Assembly: GCA_044222475.1 (NCBI GenBank)
Contig: JBGANF010000011.1
Span: 1 to 64,000 of the forward strand
Reading direction: 5' to 3'
DNA length: 64,000 nt
DNA from: Polyangiaceae bacterium
GTDB taxonomy: Bacteria; Myxococcota_A; Polyangia; Polyangiales; Polyangiaceae
The notes beneath the pieces are model-generated. The model made no database searches. It was not told the origin of the DNA and saw only the letters and a program-made list of their open reading frames with translations. Positions 37,739-47,853 of the stretch are shown here, in pieces; position 1 is the first letter of the stretch; each line of letters starts with the position of its first letter. Both the position numbers and the translations under genes were made by a program.

Positions 37739-38961
37739 TGCGACAAGGGCTCGCAGGCGTATAGCGCATGGCAAAGCGCGAGGGCGCGCGGCGAGCGCAC
37801 GCGCGGGTCGAGGCGGTTCATCGCGTAGCCGATCGTCAGCTCGCGCGCGGGATCGCACCAACCGAGCGCGCCGCCCATCCCGGCGTGCCCGAACGACTCC
37901 GGGTTGGGCGAGAAGAGGGTGGTCTCCTCCTTCAAGAAGCCTTGCGACCACCCGAGGGCCTTCTTCAGCACCGCGTCGCTCGCGGACCAACCTTGCCGCG
38001 CGTAGACCGGCTCGATGGTTGCCCTTTTCAAGTAGGCTCGGCCTTCGTACGTCCCTCCGCTCGCGAAGGGCAGGTACGCGCGAGCCACTCCGTGAGCGCT
38101 GCCGGTCGCCGACGCCCACGCGAGCTCGGCGCGCCGCACCGCCGGATCGCCGTAGACGCTCATGCCGCGCTTGCCCAACGCCGGCGTAGTGAACGCGCGC
38201 CGCGTGAACGAGCGACTCGACAGCATGGCGCGGGCCACGCGCGTCTCGTTGGTGCCTCCTCGAACCGCCCCGGCGAGCGCGAGGCGGAGGCGCTCGCCGA
38301 CCGACGGCGGGTAGAGGGGCGCCACGCGCTCGTCGAGCGACGCCGGCGTCCCGAGGGAGACGTCGGCGCCGAGCGGCTCGAAGAGCTCCCTCGCGAGGAA
38401 CGTCCCCATCGACTCGCGCGCGATGCGCTCGAAGAGCTCTCGTGCGTACATGCCGAAGGTGATCGCGTGATATCCCTGCATCGACCCGGGATCCCAAAGT
38501 GGTACTTGGGTCTCCATCGCGGAGAGGAGCCGCTCCTTGCGCGCGTCGAGCAGGCAGTCATCCATCGTCAACGGCGCGTCGAGACCCGCGAGGCCAGCGC
38601 GGTGGTTGAAGAGCGTGCGCGCGGTGATCGCGCCCTTTCCGCCTTGCGCGAACCCGGGCCAGTACGTCGAGACCGGCGCGTCCCACTCCAGGAGCCCGCG
38701 GTCGGCGAGGAGCGCCAGCGCCATCGCCGCGAGCCCCTTGGTGACCGAGAAGAGAACCACCCGCGTGTCGCGTCGCCACGGCGTGGCGCGCGCGACGTCG
38801 GCCACGCCGCCCCACAGATCGACGACGCAGCGCCCGCGGTGGTAGACGGCGAACCCCGCGCCGATCTCCTCGCCGGCGCGCAGCTGCGCGGCGAAGACGT
38901 CGGCCACCTTCGCGAAGCCGTCGGCGTAGGTGCCGAGCGCGGGGGAGGGGGCCGCGTTCAC
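37735..38961 (-). CDS. Serine hydrolase, beta-lactamase/EstB family
   Basis: VDLWGG, FSVTKG (SxxK), YWP.F, HRAGL, GYHA, FGHAGMGG. Confidence 0.93.
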   Translation of the reverse strand: MNAAPSPALGTYADGFAKVADVFAAQLRAGEEIGAGFAVYHRGRCVVDLWGGVADVARATPWRRDTRVVLFSVTKGLAAMALALLADRGLLEWDAPVSTYWPGFAQGGKGAITARTLFNHRAGLAGLDAPLTMDDCLLDARKERLLSAMETQVPLWDPGSMQGYHAITFGMYARELFERIARESMGTFLARELFEPLGADVSLGTPASLDERVAPLYPPSVGERLRLALAGAVRGGTNETRVARAMLSSRSFTRRAFTTPALGKRGMSVYGDPAVRRAELAWASATGSAHGVARAYLPFASGGTYEGRAYLKRATIEPVYARQGWSASDAVLKKALGWSQGFLKEETTLFSPNPESFGHAGMGGALGWCDPARELTIGYAMNRLDPRVRSPRALALCHALYACEPLSH

Positions 38962-40703
38962 CGTCCGACCCGTCGCTCGAGCTCGCCGTACGACATCTTC
39001 ATGACGACCGGACGACCGTGGGGGCAGTGGCCGCTGAACTCCACGTCATCCATGGCGTCGAGCAGCGCCTTCACCTCTTCGACGCCGAGCGCGTCTCCCG
39101 CTCGCACCGATCCGTGGCACGCCATCGTCGCGAGCCGCAGATCGACCGCGTCTCGGAATCCTCGGCCGCCTTCCCGCGCGAGCTCGACCAGTACGTCGCG
39201 CAGCAGGCGCTCGGGCCTCGCGCGCTTCAGGATCTGCGGCACTCCGTCGATGGCGAGGGACTGCGAGCCGACCGCGCGCACCTCGAGCCCGAGGCGGCGG
39301 ATCTCGGTTTCGTGCTCCTCGGCGGCGGCGACGTCGGCCGGCGTCACCTCGACGATCTCCGGCACGAGAAGCCGCTGCACGGCGACGCCCTTCCGTTCGT
39401 AGCTCGCTTTCAAGCGGGCGAAGTTTCGTCGCTCGTCGGCGGCGTGTTGGTCGAGCACGTAGAGCCCGTCCTCTCCTTCACACAGGAGGAACGTGCTCCG
39501 CAGCTGCGCGAGAAACCTCAGCCGGCGATAGAAGCCGGGCGGCTCGAAGAGATCCGGTGCCGGCGCAGGCGAGGGCGGCGCGTCGAGGTTCGGTGCCTGA
39601 ATCTGCCCCGGCTCGCGAAGATCGTACGGCCGCGCGATCGGACCGGGAGCGAATCGCAGCTCCGCGGCGGCGATGGCGCCCGCCGCGCCGCCGAACGTGG
39701 GCGACGCGATCGGAAAGAGCTTGGCGAGCCCGGCGTGCAGCTCTCGGCTCACGGCGTCGAAGAGCGCGCGCCCGTTGTCGAAGCGGACCTCGGACTTCTG
39801 CGGATGGACGTTGACGTCGACGAGCTCGGGCGGCATCTCGAGGTAGACGACGCCGACCGGGTAGCGCCCGGGCTCGAGGACCGACCCGTACGCGTGAGCG
39901 ACGGCGCGCGCCAGCGGGCGATCCTTGATCGGCCTGCCGTTGACGAAGAGGTGCAGCGCGACGGCGCCGGTGCGCGCGCGCTCGGGGGGCCCGAGGAACG
40001 CCTCCACGCGGAGCGGCCCGCGCTCGCCCGTGCACCGGAGGAGGCGCGGCTCCTGGCTCAACACCTGACGCGCGCGGGACTCGCGTCCGTCGGCTCGCAG
40101 ATGCTCGCGCGCGATCTTGCCGTCGCGGGCGAGGGTGAACGTGACGTCGGGCCGTGCGAGGGCGGCCATCGCGATGACCTCGCCGACGTGAGCGCTCTCG
40201 GTGGCCGGTGCCTTCAGGAACTTCCGTCGCGCCGGCACGTTGTAGAACAGGTCCCGCACTTCGATCGTGGTGCCCTCCGCGCGGCCGGCTGGTCGTACCT
40301 CTTTGGTACCGCCGCCCTCGATCGTGATCTCGGTACCCTCCCGCTCGCCTCGGGCGCAAGTCGACAGAGTGAGCCGCGACACGGAAGCGATGCTCGGCAG
40401 CGCTTCGCCGCGGAAGCCGAACGTGCGCAGGTGCGCGAGGTCCTCGAAGGCGCCGATCTTGCTGGTCGCGTGGCGCTCGAGCGCGAGGACCGCATCGTCC
40501 CGGGTCATGCCCTCGCCGTCGTCCGCCACGCGCACGAGGTCGAGGCCTCCGTTCTCGACGTCGACCCGAACCCGGGTCGCGCCCGCGTCGAGCGCGTTCT
40601 CGACGAGCTCCTTCACGATGCTCGCCGGCCTCTCGACGACCTCGCCGGCTGCAATCTGATCGACGAGCGCCGAGTCGAGGCGCCGTACGCGCCCAACCCT
40701 CAA
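38958..40703 (-). CDS. mutL: DNA mismatch repair endonuclease MutL
   Basis: IAAGEVVERP, KELVENALDAG, TSKI, GFRGEAL, DVNVHP.K.EVRF, DQHAA, ACH, CPHGRP; TTG start inferred. Confidence 0.97.
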   Translation of the reverse strand: MRVGRVRRLDSALVDQIAAGEVVERPASIVKELVENALDAGATRVRVDVENGGLDLVRVADDGEGMTRDDAVLALERHATSKIGAFEDLAHLRTFGFRGEALPSIASVSRLTLSTCARGEREGTEITIEGGGTKEVRPAGRAEGTTIEVRDLFYNVPARRKFLKAPATESAHVGEVIAMAALARPDVTFTLARDGKIAREHLRADGRESRARQVLSQEPRLLRCTGERGPLRVEAFLGPPERARTGAVALHLFVNGRPIKDRPLARAVAHAYGSVLEPGRYPVGVVYLEMPPELVDVNVHPQKSEVRFDNGRALFDAVSRELHAGLAKLFPIASPTFGGAAGAIAAAELRFAPGPIARPYDLREPGQIQAPNLDAPPSPAPAPDLFEPPGFYRRLRFLAQLRSTFLLCEGEDGLYVLDQHAADERRNFARLKASYERKGVAVQRLLVPEIVEVTPADVAAAEEHETEIRRLGLEVRAVGSQSLAIDGVPQILKRARPERLLRDVLVELAREGGRGFRDAVDLRLATMACHGSVRAGDALGVEEVKALLDAMDDVEFSGHCPHGRPVVMKMSYGELERRVGR

Positions 40704-41377
40704 GAGCCGCTCTCGAGGTTGCGCTCCTCCGCCATCGACTCGTAGAACGCGCGCGTCCGGCGCCGCGTGAGCGCCAGCACGATCAAGAGCGCGACTGCGC
40801 CGCGGACGCCGAGCCGGATCGGCGCGATGAAGGGCATCAGCTTCCGTTGGGTCGCGAGCTGGAGCGCGATCATCTGCGGATCCATGCCCGCGTCGGTCAT
40901 GTCGCACTCGAGCTGCGTCAGCGCGAGCTCCTTCTCGGCCGCGCGCACCTTGGGAGTGGCGAAGTGCTCGCCGACGAGGACCGCGGTGTAGACGACGATG
41001 ACTTGGAGCAGCGCGCCCCGTGCGCCGTTGCGTCCGACCATCGCGAGCGACGCCAAGACGAACAGGGCCATGCCGAGGACGAGCTCGGCCGCGGAGAGCG
41101 GGAAGAGTCGCGCCTCTTCGGCGTGGACCGCGTCGAGGAGGCCTTGGGTCGCCCCCTGCATCTTCGCGCGCTGCGCGTCGTTCTTGATGTCGGCGTACTG
41201 GTCCGAGACGTCGGTCTCGGGCTGGCGGTACACGTCGATGAGCACCATCCCGTTGAACGCCGCCGAGGCGCCGAGGATGAAGCAGATCCCGAGCGCGAGG
41301 ATCAGGTACCAGGGGCGCCTTTGCGGCGGCGTCCCGGACCGCTTCGCCGGCTGCTCGTGCTGGTCGTCGTCACCCAT
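40700..41377 (-). CDS. Hypothetical membrane protein (about 4 TM)
   Basis: Hydrophobic segments; stop overlaps the mutL start. Confidence 0.7.
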   Translation of the reverse strand: MGDDDQHEQPAKRSGTPPQRRPWYLILALGICFILGASAAFNGMVLIDVYRQPETDVSDQYADIKNDAQRAKMQGATQGLLDAVHAEEARLFPLSAAELVLGMALFVLASLAMVGRNGARGALLQVIVVYTAVLVGEHFATPKVRAAEKELALTQLECDMTDAGMDPQMIALQLATQRKLMPFIAPIRLGVRGAVALLIVLALTRRRTRAFYESMAEERNLESGS

Positions 41378-41446
41378 GGGAATCTCGGAGATAGCACGGG
41401 CCACGCGCGTCCGCATGGGAGGGCGGCGAAAGGTTCCCAAGCGCGC

Positions 41447-41542
41447 CCGAAAGGTGGCTAATCTGCCCCGCAAACGAGGGATAGGGGCAATGCGCCGAAA
41501 GGTGGCTAATCTGCCCCGCAAACGAGGGATAGGGGCAATGCG
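41447..41542. repeat. Exact 48-bp tandem duplication spanning the upstream region and start codon of the HEAT-repeat gene
   Basis: 41447-41494 is identical to 41495-41542. Confidence 0.95.
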
Positions 41543-42410
41543 AAAACAGGCTAGAACAGCGTTCGTTGCGTGGGGGCTCGTTGCCTCCGTGTCGGTCGTC
41601 ACGCTCTCCACGCTCGCCGCGCGCGACGCCAACGCCGACGCGCCGAAGCCGAAAGGTGGCGCAGCTGCCCCGGCCGCTCCGGCAGCGACGGTCTCGAAGA
41701 CCGCAGCCGCCGATCTTCGCTCCGGTGATCCGGCGAAGGTCCAAGCCGCGCTCGACGACGTTCGCATCGCCGGGAAGGCCGGCGCGTCCGTCGCGCCCGT
41801 CATCGCCGAGGTCCTCGCGAAGGGCCTCACGGCGCCGCTCACGATCGCCGCGATCGACACGCTCTCCGATCTCGAGGTCGAGAGCACGAGCGCGGTCATC
41901 GGCACCTACCTCGAGCACCGGAACGTCAAGATTCGGCAGGCCGCGGTGAAGGCGCTGACGCACACGAAGGGTGCAGCCGCCGTGCGCGGTCTCCGCCGAG
42001 CCCTGTCCGACCAGGACCCGATGGTGCGTGGCGTCGCCGCGAGCGGGCTCGGAAGCCTCAAGGCCAAGGAGGCGCTCCCCGATCTCCTCATCGCGCTCGA
42101 TCACCGCGTGAACGAGGCCGCGAGCTCGATCGGTGCGCTCTGCGCGCCGAACGAGTGCGATCAGCTCGCCGGCAAGCTCGGGCGCCTCCCCTTCGACGTG
42201 ATGGCGGCCGGCCTCGAGCAGGTGCTCTTCCGCAACACCGCGGAGATCAACGACGACGTGAAGATCAAGATGATCGGCAAGCTGCGCGAGCTCGGCACGC
42301 CGGAGGCCAACAAATTCCTGCGTGACGTCTCCAAGAAGCTCACGACTGCCTCGCCGAGGATCAAGCAATCCCTCGAGCAAGCGATCGCCGCGACGGGAGG
42401 TGGATCGTGA
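41538..42410 (+). CDS. Exported HEAT-repeat protein
   Basis: Signal peptide; IRQAAVKAL, L.D.DP.VR..AA..LG repeats. Confidence 0.85.
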   Translation: MRKQARTAFVAWGLVASVSVVTLSTLAARDANADAPKPKGGAAAPAAPAATVSKTAAADLRSGDPAKVQAALDDVRIAGKAGASVAPVIAEVLAKGLTAPLTIAAIDTLSDLEVESTSAVIGTYLEHRNVKIRQAAVKALTHTKGAAAVRGLRRALSDQDPMVRGVAASGLGSLKAKEALPDLLIALDHRVNEAASSIGALCAPNECDQLAGKLGRLPFDVMAAGLEQVLFRNTAEINDDVKIKMIGKLRELGTPEANKFLRDVSKKLTTASPRIKQSLEQAIAATGGGS

Positions 42411-44227
42411 AGCGCCTCATCGGACTCTCCGTGCTCGGACTCGCGACTGCCTTCTCCGCGTGCGGCGGAGGTCAGACGCACCCCAACCTCTTCGCGACCG
42501 ACTGGGAAGACGACGGCGGCAAAGAGGTCGCCGCCCTCCGCGCGAAGCTCGCGGCAGCGAAGCCGCCGGCGAACGCGGACGTCGCGGTCGCCGTGGGCGG
42601 CAACAACGACAAGGTCCTCGGTGTCCCGCTCGCGGGCGGAAAGTGGACCTTCGCCCACGCGATCGACGTGCGCCCCACCGTCGCCGGAAGCGTGGTCGTC
42701 GGAGAGGGTGGCGGCGAGCTCTTCGCGCTCGACGCGGCCACCGGCAAGAAGCTCTGGAGCCGCAGCGTCGGCGCGATGGCGATGCGCGGCGCAGGAGACG
42801 ACGGCAAGGTCACCGTGATCTCGCTCAGCCAATCGTCGGGGCAGGGTTCGATGCTGCTCGCCGTCGATCGCGACGGAAGCGTCGCCCGCCAGATCGAAAC
42901 CGACAAGGTCATCGGCGTGCCGGCCGTGCTGGCGGGCCACGTCTTCGTCCCGTGGAGCAGCCAGTACATCTCGGTGATCGATCTCGCCAGCGGCGACGAA
43001 GCGGCGCGCATCCTATTCCGCGGCAAGGTGAGCCACGCGTTCGCGAGCGGCGGTGAGCTCTACTTCGGCGAGGCGGACACGTTCCGCTTCGACGACAAGA
43101 TCGGCCAAGCCTCGAAGAACGGCGCGACCAAGCTGAGCGTGCCTCAGCGCGAGCTGCCCGGAACGCCGATGCTCCGCACCCCCGGAGAAGACAAAGTCGG
43201 CCCGGTCGCTCTCGCGATCGACAAGACGAAGCTCTACGCCCGGCCCGGGGCGACTGGCTGGGAGGGCGGTCGGTTCTACGGCACGTACTTCCGCATCGTG
43301 ATGGGCTTCGACTCCGACAAGGGTGCGCTCTCGTGGGTGTGGAACACCGTCGACGATCTGGTCGGCGGTGGCGTCGGTCCCGACGCGTTCTTCGCGTGCG
43401 ACGAGGCGGGCAAGATCACGATGCTCAACGCCCAGAACGGCGGCATCGCGGGACAGCTCGACTTCGGCGAGCCGATCAAGAGCTGCGTCGTCTCCGCCGA
43501 CGGATTCCACGCGCCCGCGCCGCAGACCGTGCCTTCGCTCGCGACCCAGATCTCGGCGGCGATCCTCAACCGCGACGCCGAGATGACGTCGGGGCAACGG
43601 CTGCTCCTGCGTGAGATGGCGACGCTCGAAGACGAGATCGCGACGAGCACCCTCGTCGAGCTCGCCTCCGACCAACGAACGGCACCGCCGCTCGTCGCCG
43701 ACGCGCGCGCAGCGCTCGCCGGGCGCCGCAACGGAGCGAAGTACATGCTCACTGCGCTCGCACGGCACTACGACTTCCTCAAGGACGTCCTCGTGACTCC
43801 GCCTGTCGGCCCCATGGCGCAAGCGCTCGGAGCGATGAAGGAGAAGGGCGCCGCGCCGTTGCTCGCTGCGCACCTCCTCGACCCCGCCGACTCGGAGGAC
43901 GACCTCAAGCAGATCGCGGCGGCGCTCGTCGAGCTCGGCGGACCGAGCGAGCTCCCCGCTCTCAAGGAGTTCTTCGGGCTCTATCGGGCATCCCACGAGG
44001 GCGACGTCGTCGCGGGAGCGGTCGTCAACGCCGCTCAGGCCATCGTCAAGATCGGCGGCGCGGACGGACGCAAGTTCATCGACGCGGGGTTGGCCGATCC
44101 GATGACGCCCGACGGCGTCAAGGCGCGCGTCCGCGCGATCCTCGATGCGATGGACGCGCAGGCCAAGTCGGCTGCACCCGATCCGAAGAAGCCCGATCCG
44201 AAGAAGCCCGATCCGAAGAAGCCGTGA
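42407..44227 (+). CDS. PQQ-like beta-propeller lipoprotein with helical-repeat C-terminus
   Basis: Lipobox FSAC; ALDAATGKKLW blades; (PDPKK)3 tail; GTGA overlap with the upstream gene. Confidence 0.85.
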   Translation: MKRLIGLSVLGLATAFSACGGGQTHPNLFATDWEDDGGKEVAALRAKLAAAKPPANADVAVAVGGNNDKVLGVPLAGGKWTFAHAIDVRPTVAGSVVVGEGGGELFALDAATGKKLWSRSVGAMAMRGAGDDGKVTVISLSQSSGQGSMLLAVDRDGSVARQIETDKVIGVPAVLAGHVFVPWSSQYISVIDLASGDEAARILFRGKVSHAFASGGELYFGEADTFRFDDKIGQASKNGATKLSVPQRELPGTPMLRTPGEDKVGPVALAIDKTKLYARPGATGWEGGRFYGTYFRIVMGFDSDKGALSWVWNTVDDLVGGGVGPDAFFACDEAGKITMLNAQNGGIAGQLDFGEPIKSCVVSADGFHAPAPQTVPSLATQISAAILNRDAEMTSGQRLLLREMATLEDEIATSTLVELASDQRTAPPLVADARAALAGRRNGAKYMLTALARHYDFLKDVLVTPPVGPMAQALGAMKEKGAAPLLAAHLLDPADSEDDLKQIAAALVELGGPSELPALKEFFGLYRASHEGDVVAGAVVNAAQAIVKIGGADGRKFIDAGLADPMTPDGVKARVRAILDAMDAQAKSAAPDPKKPDPKKPDPKKP

Positions 44228-44240
44228 TCGCCGACGCGCG

Positions 44241-44897
44241 TCATCGTGGGTCTTCGGACCAGCGGTCGCCGTCGACGACGCCCAGCTCTTCGTAGCGAGC
44301 CCACAGGCAGCACTCGCTGCCGGCGGGGAACTCGCGGCACGCGTTCGGTCGGGCGTCGTAGATCGCGCACGCGTTGTCCTTGCCGAGCTGCTTGCAGTCT
44401 CCGCCTTTCGCGACGCGAAGGACGACCCGACCGTCGCGATTGCGGCGCGCGAACGGCGCCTTCGTGAGGTGCGAGAGGCCGGCGGCGGCGAGGCGCGGCG
44501 CGTCCTCGGGCTCGAGGATGACCTCGTTGTTGCGGCAACAGGCACCGCACGCGAGGCAGTCGAGGCGCAGCTTGCGCGTCGGTCCGGGGTGAACGGCGTC
44601 GCGAAGCGCGCGGTTGCGCACGATGTCGTGGAGCGCCGGCGGTACGCGTCGCGTCGCCAGGCCGCGCATCGCCCCCGTCTTCGGCTCGGTCCATCGATGA
44701 AGGTCGAGATCCATCATCGACCAGCGCGCGAGGTCGGTCACACACGAGCGATCCGGCTTCGGGAGAACGAGGAGCGCGCTGCGCGGCGTGCTCCAGACGA
44801 CGGCGTGGCCTCCCGCGCGCGCCCACGCGATCGCGTTCTCGAGGAAACGGCGTTTGAACGAACGAACGACGGGGCGTTCGACCACGATCGACGACAT
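44241..44897 (-). CDS. YkgJ-family cysteine-cluster protein
   Basis: CLACGACC, C..L...N.CAIYDARPNACREFP. Confidence 0.88.
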   Translation of the reverse strand: MSSIVVERPVVRSFKRRFLENAIAWARAGGHAVVWSTPRSALLVLPKPDRSCVTDLARWSMMDLDLHRWTEPKTGAMRGLATRRVPPALHDIVRNRALRDAVHPGPTRKLRLDCLACGACCRNNEVILEPEDAPRLAAAGLSHLTKAPFARRNRDGRVVLRVAKGGDCKQLGKDNACAIYDARPNACREFPAGSECCLWARYEELGVVDGDRWSEDPR

Positions 44898-44957
44898 GAG
44901 AGCGCCGGTCGATAGCACCTGGCGCCGTGGCGGCGTGTGACTTTTCGGATCGCTAGC

Positions 44958-45275
44958 TCAAGGATCGACGTTGCCGCCGTCTTGCGGGACGGGGCAGGTC
45001 TGATCCGAGCTCACGTAGCAGAGCGAGGTCGCGATGTCGCAGCAGTAGATGCCGCTCTGCGGAGGCGCGCAGCTGTTCTGGCAGTCGCTGTCGATCGTGC
45101 AGCTAGGCACGCAGACTTGACCGCCCGAATCCTTCGCGTCTTTGGCAGCGTCCTTCGCTCCGTCCTTCCCACCGTCGACGGCGGGGGTCCCAGAGTCGAT
45201 ATCGTCGGCAGCGGAGGTCGCGCAGGCGCCGAGCGCCAGCGGAGCGAGCATGCAGAATACAAAGGGAAGTCTCAC
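44958..45275 (-). CDS. Small Cys-rich lipoprotein
   Basis: GGAGG RBS, lipobox LGAC, CTIDSDC, CC. Confidence 0.7.
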   Translation of the reverse strand: MRLPFVFCMLAPLALGACATSAADDIDSGTPAVDGGKDGAKDAAKDAKDSGGQVCVPSCTIDSDCQNSCAPPQSGIYCCDIATSLCYVSSDQTCPVPQDGGNVDP

Positions 45276-45465
45276 GGCCACCTCCACGGGTACAGCAACC
45301 TACCGCGTGAATGGCTGTCCGACAACCTCGGACTGACGTTTCGGTGAGCTTTTCGTAACGTCGTTCCGCGCTCCCACCCAGGGTTGGCGTCCGTCCGCTG
45401 GAAGTGCACGTTTACAATCTGCGCCCGGCGGGGGCGCGAGCGGCTAGGATGCGGCGCCAATCGGC

Positions 45466-46581
45466 ATGCGCATTCTGACGCCCAAAGATTCGGGCCGAAT
45501 CCAGCTTCGGGAGCGTGGTGACCGGGGCGCGTTGCTCGCGATTCGACCCGACTCCGCTGACGCAACGCAGCGTCAGTGGTTCCACTTCGTGGTTCGGGAC
45601 TGCGCCGGAGTCCCCCTGGAGCTCGAGATTGCCAACGCCGGCCGGTGCACCTACCCCGATGCCTGGAACGGGTACCGCGCCTGCGCTTCGTACGACGGGG
45701 AGGACTGGTTTCGCGTCGACACCGAGTTCGACGGCGAATCCCTGACCATCCGCCATCGGCCCCAGCGCGACGCCGTCATCTACGCGTACTTCGCCCCGTA
45801 TCCGCGTCTGCGCCGGCACGCGCTGTTGACGCAGGCGATCGCGACCGGCCGCGCGATCGCCGCGCGGGTCGGCGAGAGCGTCAACGGCGAGCCCATCCAC
45901 GTGATGCGGTTCGGGAAGGGGCCGACGTCGCTCTGGATCGTCGGGCACCAGCACCCCGGCGAGACGATGGGTGCGTGGTTCATGGAAGGCATGGCGCTTC
46001 GGCTCATGGATGACGAGGACGTGCTGGGCAACGATCTCATCGAGCGCGCGAGCGTCTACCTCGTGCTGTCGATGAACCCCGACGGGCACTGGCTGGGCAA
46101 CCATCGAACGAACGCCGCCGGGGTCGATCTCAACCGCGCGTGGCACGACCCCTCGGCGAAGACGAGCCCCGAGGTGTTCGCCGTGAGAGAGGCGATGCTC
46201 GCGCGCGGGGTCGATTTCTTCCTCGACGTCCACGGAGACGAGCAGCTCCCGTGGGTCTTCACCGCCGGAGCCGAGGGCAACCCGCACTACTCGGATCGCA
46301 TCGAGGCGCTCGAGCACGAGTTCGACGAGGCCATGTGCGATCTGAGCGAGCCCTACCAGAGCGAGAACGGATATCCGAAGGACGCACCGGGCGACGGCGA
46401 TCTGCGGTGTGCGGCGAACTGGGTCGGCGAGCAGTTCGACTGCCTGTCGCTCACCCTGGAGATGCCGTTCAAGGACGCGGAGAACGCGCCGGAGGAAAAC
46501 GGCTGGACGCCGGATCGTTCGAAGGGCCTGGCCGCGTCGACGATCGAGGCGGTGCACTCGATGTTGGACCGGTTGCGGTAG
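45466..46581 (+). CDS. M14 cytosolic-carboxypeptidase-like zinc peptidase
   Basis: QWFHF, AYFAPY, QHPGE, MNPDG, RTNAAGVDLNR, DVHGDE, LTLEMPFKD. Confidence 0.95.
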   Translation: MRILTPKDSGRIQLRERGDRGALLAIRPDSADATQRQWFHFVVRDCAGVPLELEIANAGRCTYPDAWNGYRACASYDGEDWFRVDTEFDGESLTIRHRPQRDAVIYAYFAPYPRLRRHALLTQAIATGRAIAARVGESVNGEPIHVMRFGKGPTSLWIVGHQHPGETMGAWFMEGMALRLMDDEDVLGNDLIERASVYLVLSMNPDGHWLGNHRTNAAGVDLNRAWHDPSAKTSPEVFAVREAMLARGVDFFLDVHGDEQLPWVFTAGAEGNPHYSDRIEALEHEFDEAMCDLSEPYQSENGYPKDAPGDGDLRCAANWVGEQFDCLSLTLEMPFKDAENAPEENGWTPDRSKGLAASTIEAVHSMLDRLR

Positions 46582-46588
46582 AGACCGT

Positions 46589-47752
46589 CTACCAGGCGCT
46601 CACTCCCGAGATTGCCGTGTCCGGCCCGTTGCCCGACGAGAGGCAGCACTGCACGCCAGTGCCCGCCGCGAGGACGAACTTGATCGTCGAGCACGTACGC
46701 GGGGTGAACGTCGTGCTGCACCCGTTCGTCATCGGGTCGCCACCACACGCGAGGCCGGTCGAGTTGATCGTGCCGACCTTCGTCGCGTCGCAGTAGACGT
46801 CCCACGTCCCGTGGCAGATCGACGTGCTCGACGCATACGTGTTGATGCCGACGTGACCGACGCACGCCGTCGTTCCGCTGCACACCATCTCTTGGTTGAG
46901 AGCCTGGAACGCCTGGATGTTGGCCGAGCTCCAGAGGTAGCTGCCGGTCGCGCACGGGCTCGTCGGGAAGCATCCCGTCGCGGTCTTCGATTGCAGGGTG
47001 TTGAACGGCTGGCGCGTGCCAGTCGGGTTGCATCCCGCGGTGCAGACTCCAGCCGAGCAGAACGGGGTGTTGCCTCCGCAGGCATTGCCGCATGCACCGC
47101 AGTTCTGCGCGTTGGAGAGGACGTCGGTGCAGATCCCGTTGCACGCGAGCTGACCGACGCCGCAGCACTTGCCGCCGTTGCACCACTCTTGCGCGGCGCA
47201 TGCCGTGTTGCAGTTGCCGCAGTGATCGTGGAAGTTCTGCGTGTCGTAGCAGACGCCGTCGCTGCAGGCGGTGAAGCCGTTCGTGCAGGCTGTGCCGCAC
47301 TGGCTGTTGGTGCAGCTCGGCGAGCCCACGTTCCACCCGGTCCCGCTGTCGTAGTTGATCCCGGGGTGTGCCGGGTTGTTCGAGCCCGGCTGGAGCGAGC
47401 CAGCGTCCGCGCTGGCGCAGACCGTCGGGCACTGGCCGCAGTGGTTCGGATCGGTCGCGAGGGTCGCACACGTCACGCCGCCGTCGCTTGCGGTGCACTT
47501 CGTCGTGGGTGACTCGCACGAGCTCTTGCACGCTCCGTTGGAGCACACTTCGCCGGTCTTGCAGGCGTTGGTGCACGACCCGCAGTGTTGAGGGTCGGTC
47601 TTCAAGTCGAACTGGGGGCACGCGGAGCCGTCGCCGGTCGACGCGTCCGTTCCCGTCCCACTGTCTACGTCGTTGAAGATCGTGCCCTGCGCGCACGCGC
47701 CGACCACGCCGAGCGCGCCCGTCATCCCGAGGACCCACCAAATCCGCCGCAT
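46589..47752 (-). CDS. Cys-rich repeat lipoprotein (D..HCG.C..AC modules)
   Basis: Lipobox VGAC; four DPxHCGxC-type repeats. Confidence 0.85.
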   Translation of the reverse strand: MRRIWWVLGMTGALGVVGACAQGTIFNDVDSGTGTDASTGDGSACPQFDLKTDPQHCGSCTNACKTGEVCSNGACKSSCESPTTKCTASDGGVTCATLATDPNHCGQCPTVCASADAGSLQPGSNNPAHPGINYDSGTGWNVGSPSCTNSQCGTACTNGFTACSDGVCYDTQNFHDHCGNCNTACAAQEWCNGGKCCGVGQLACNGICTDVLSNAQNCGACGNACGGNTPFCSAGVCTAGCNPTGTRQPFNTLQSKTATGCFPTSPCATGSYLWSSANIQAFQALNQEMVCSGTTACVGHVGINTYASSTSICHGTWDVYCDATKVGTINSTGLACGGDPMTNGCSTTFTPRTCSTIKFVLAAGTGVQCCLSSGNGPDTAISGVSAW

Positions 47753-47853
47753 TCTCCGACGATCGCAGCAGACGTCCTCGGGTGCAAGGCTGCCTGGTCG
47801 GGGAGCGACGAGGGTACTCTCCTCCAAGCCTTTTTCGCGATCGGGAGGATGAC

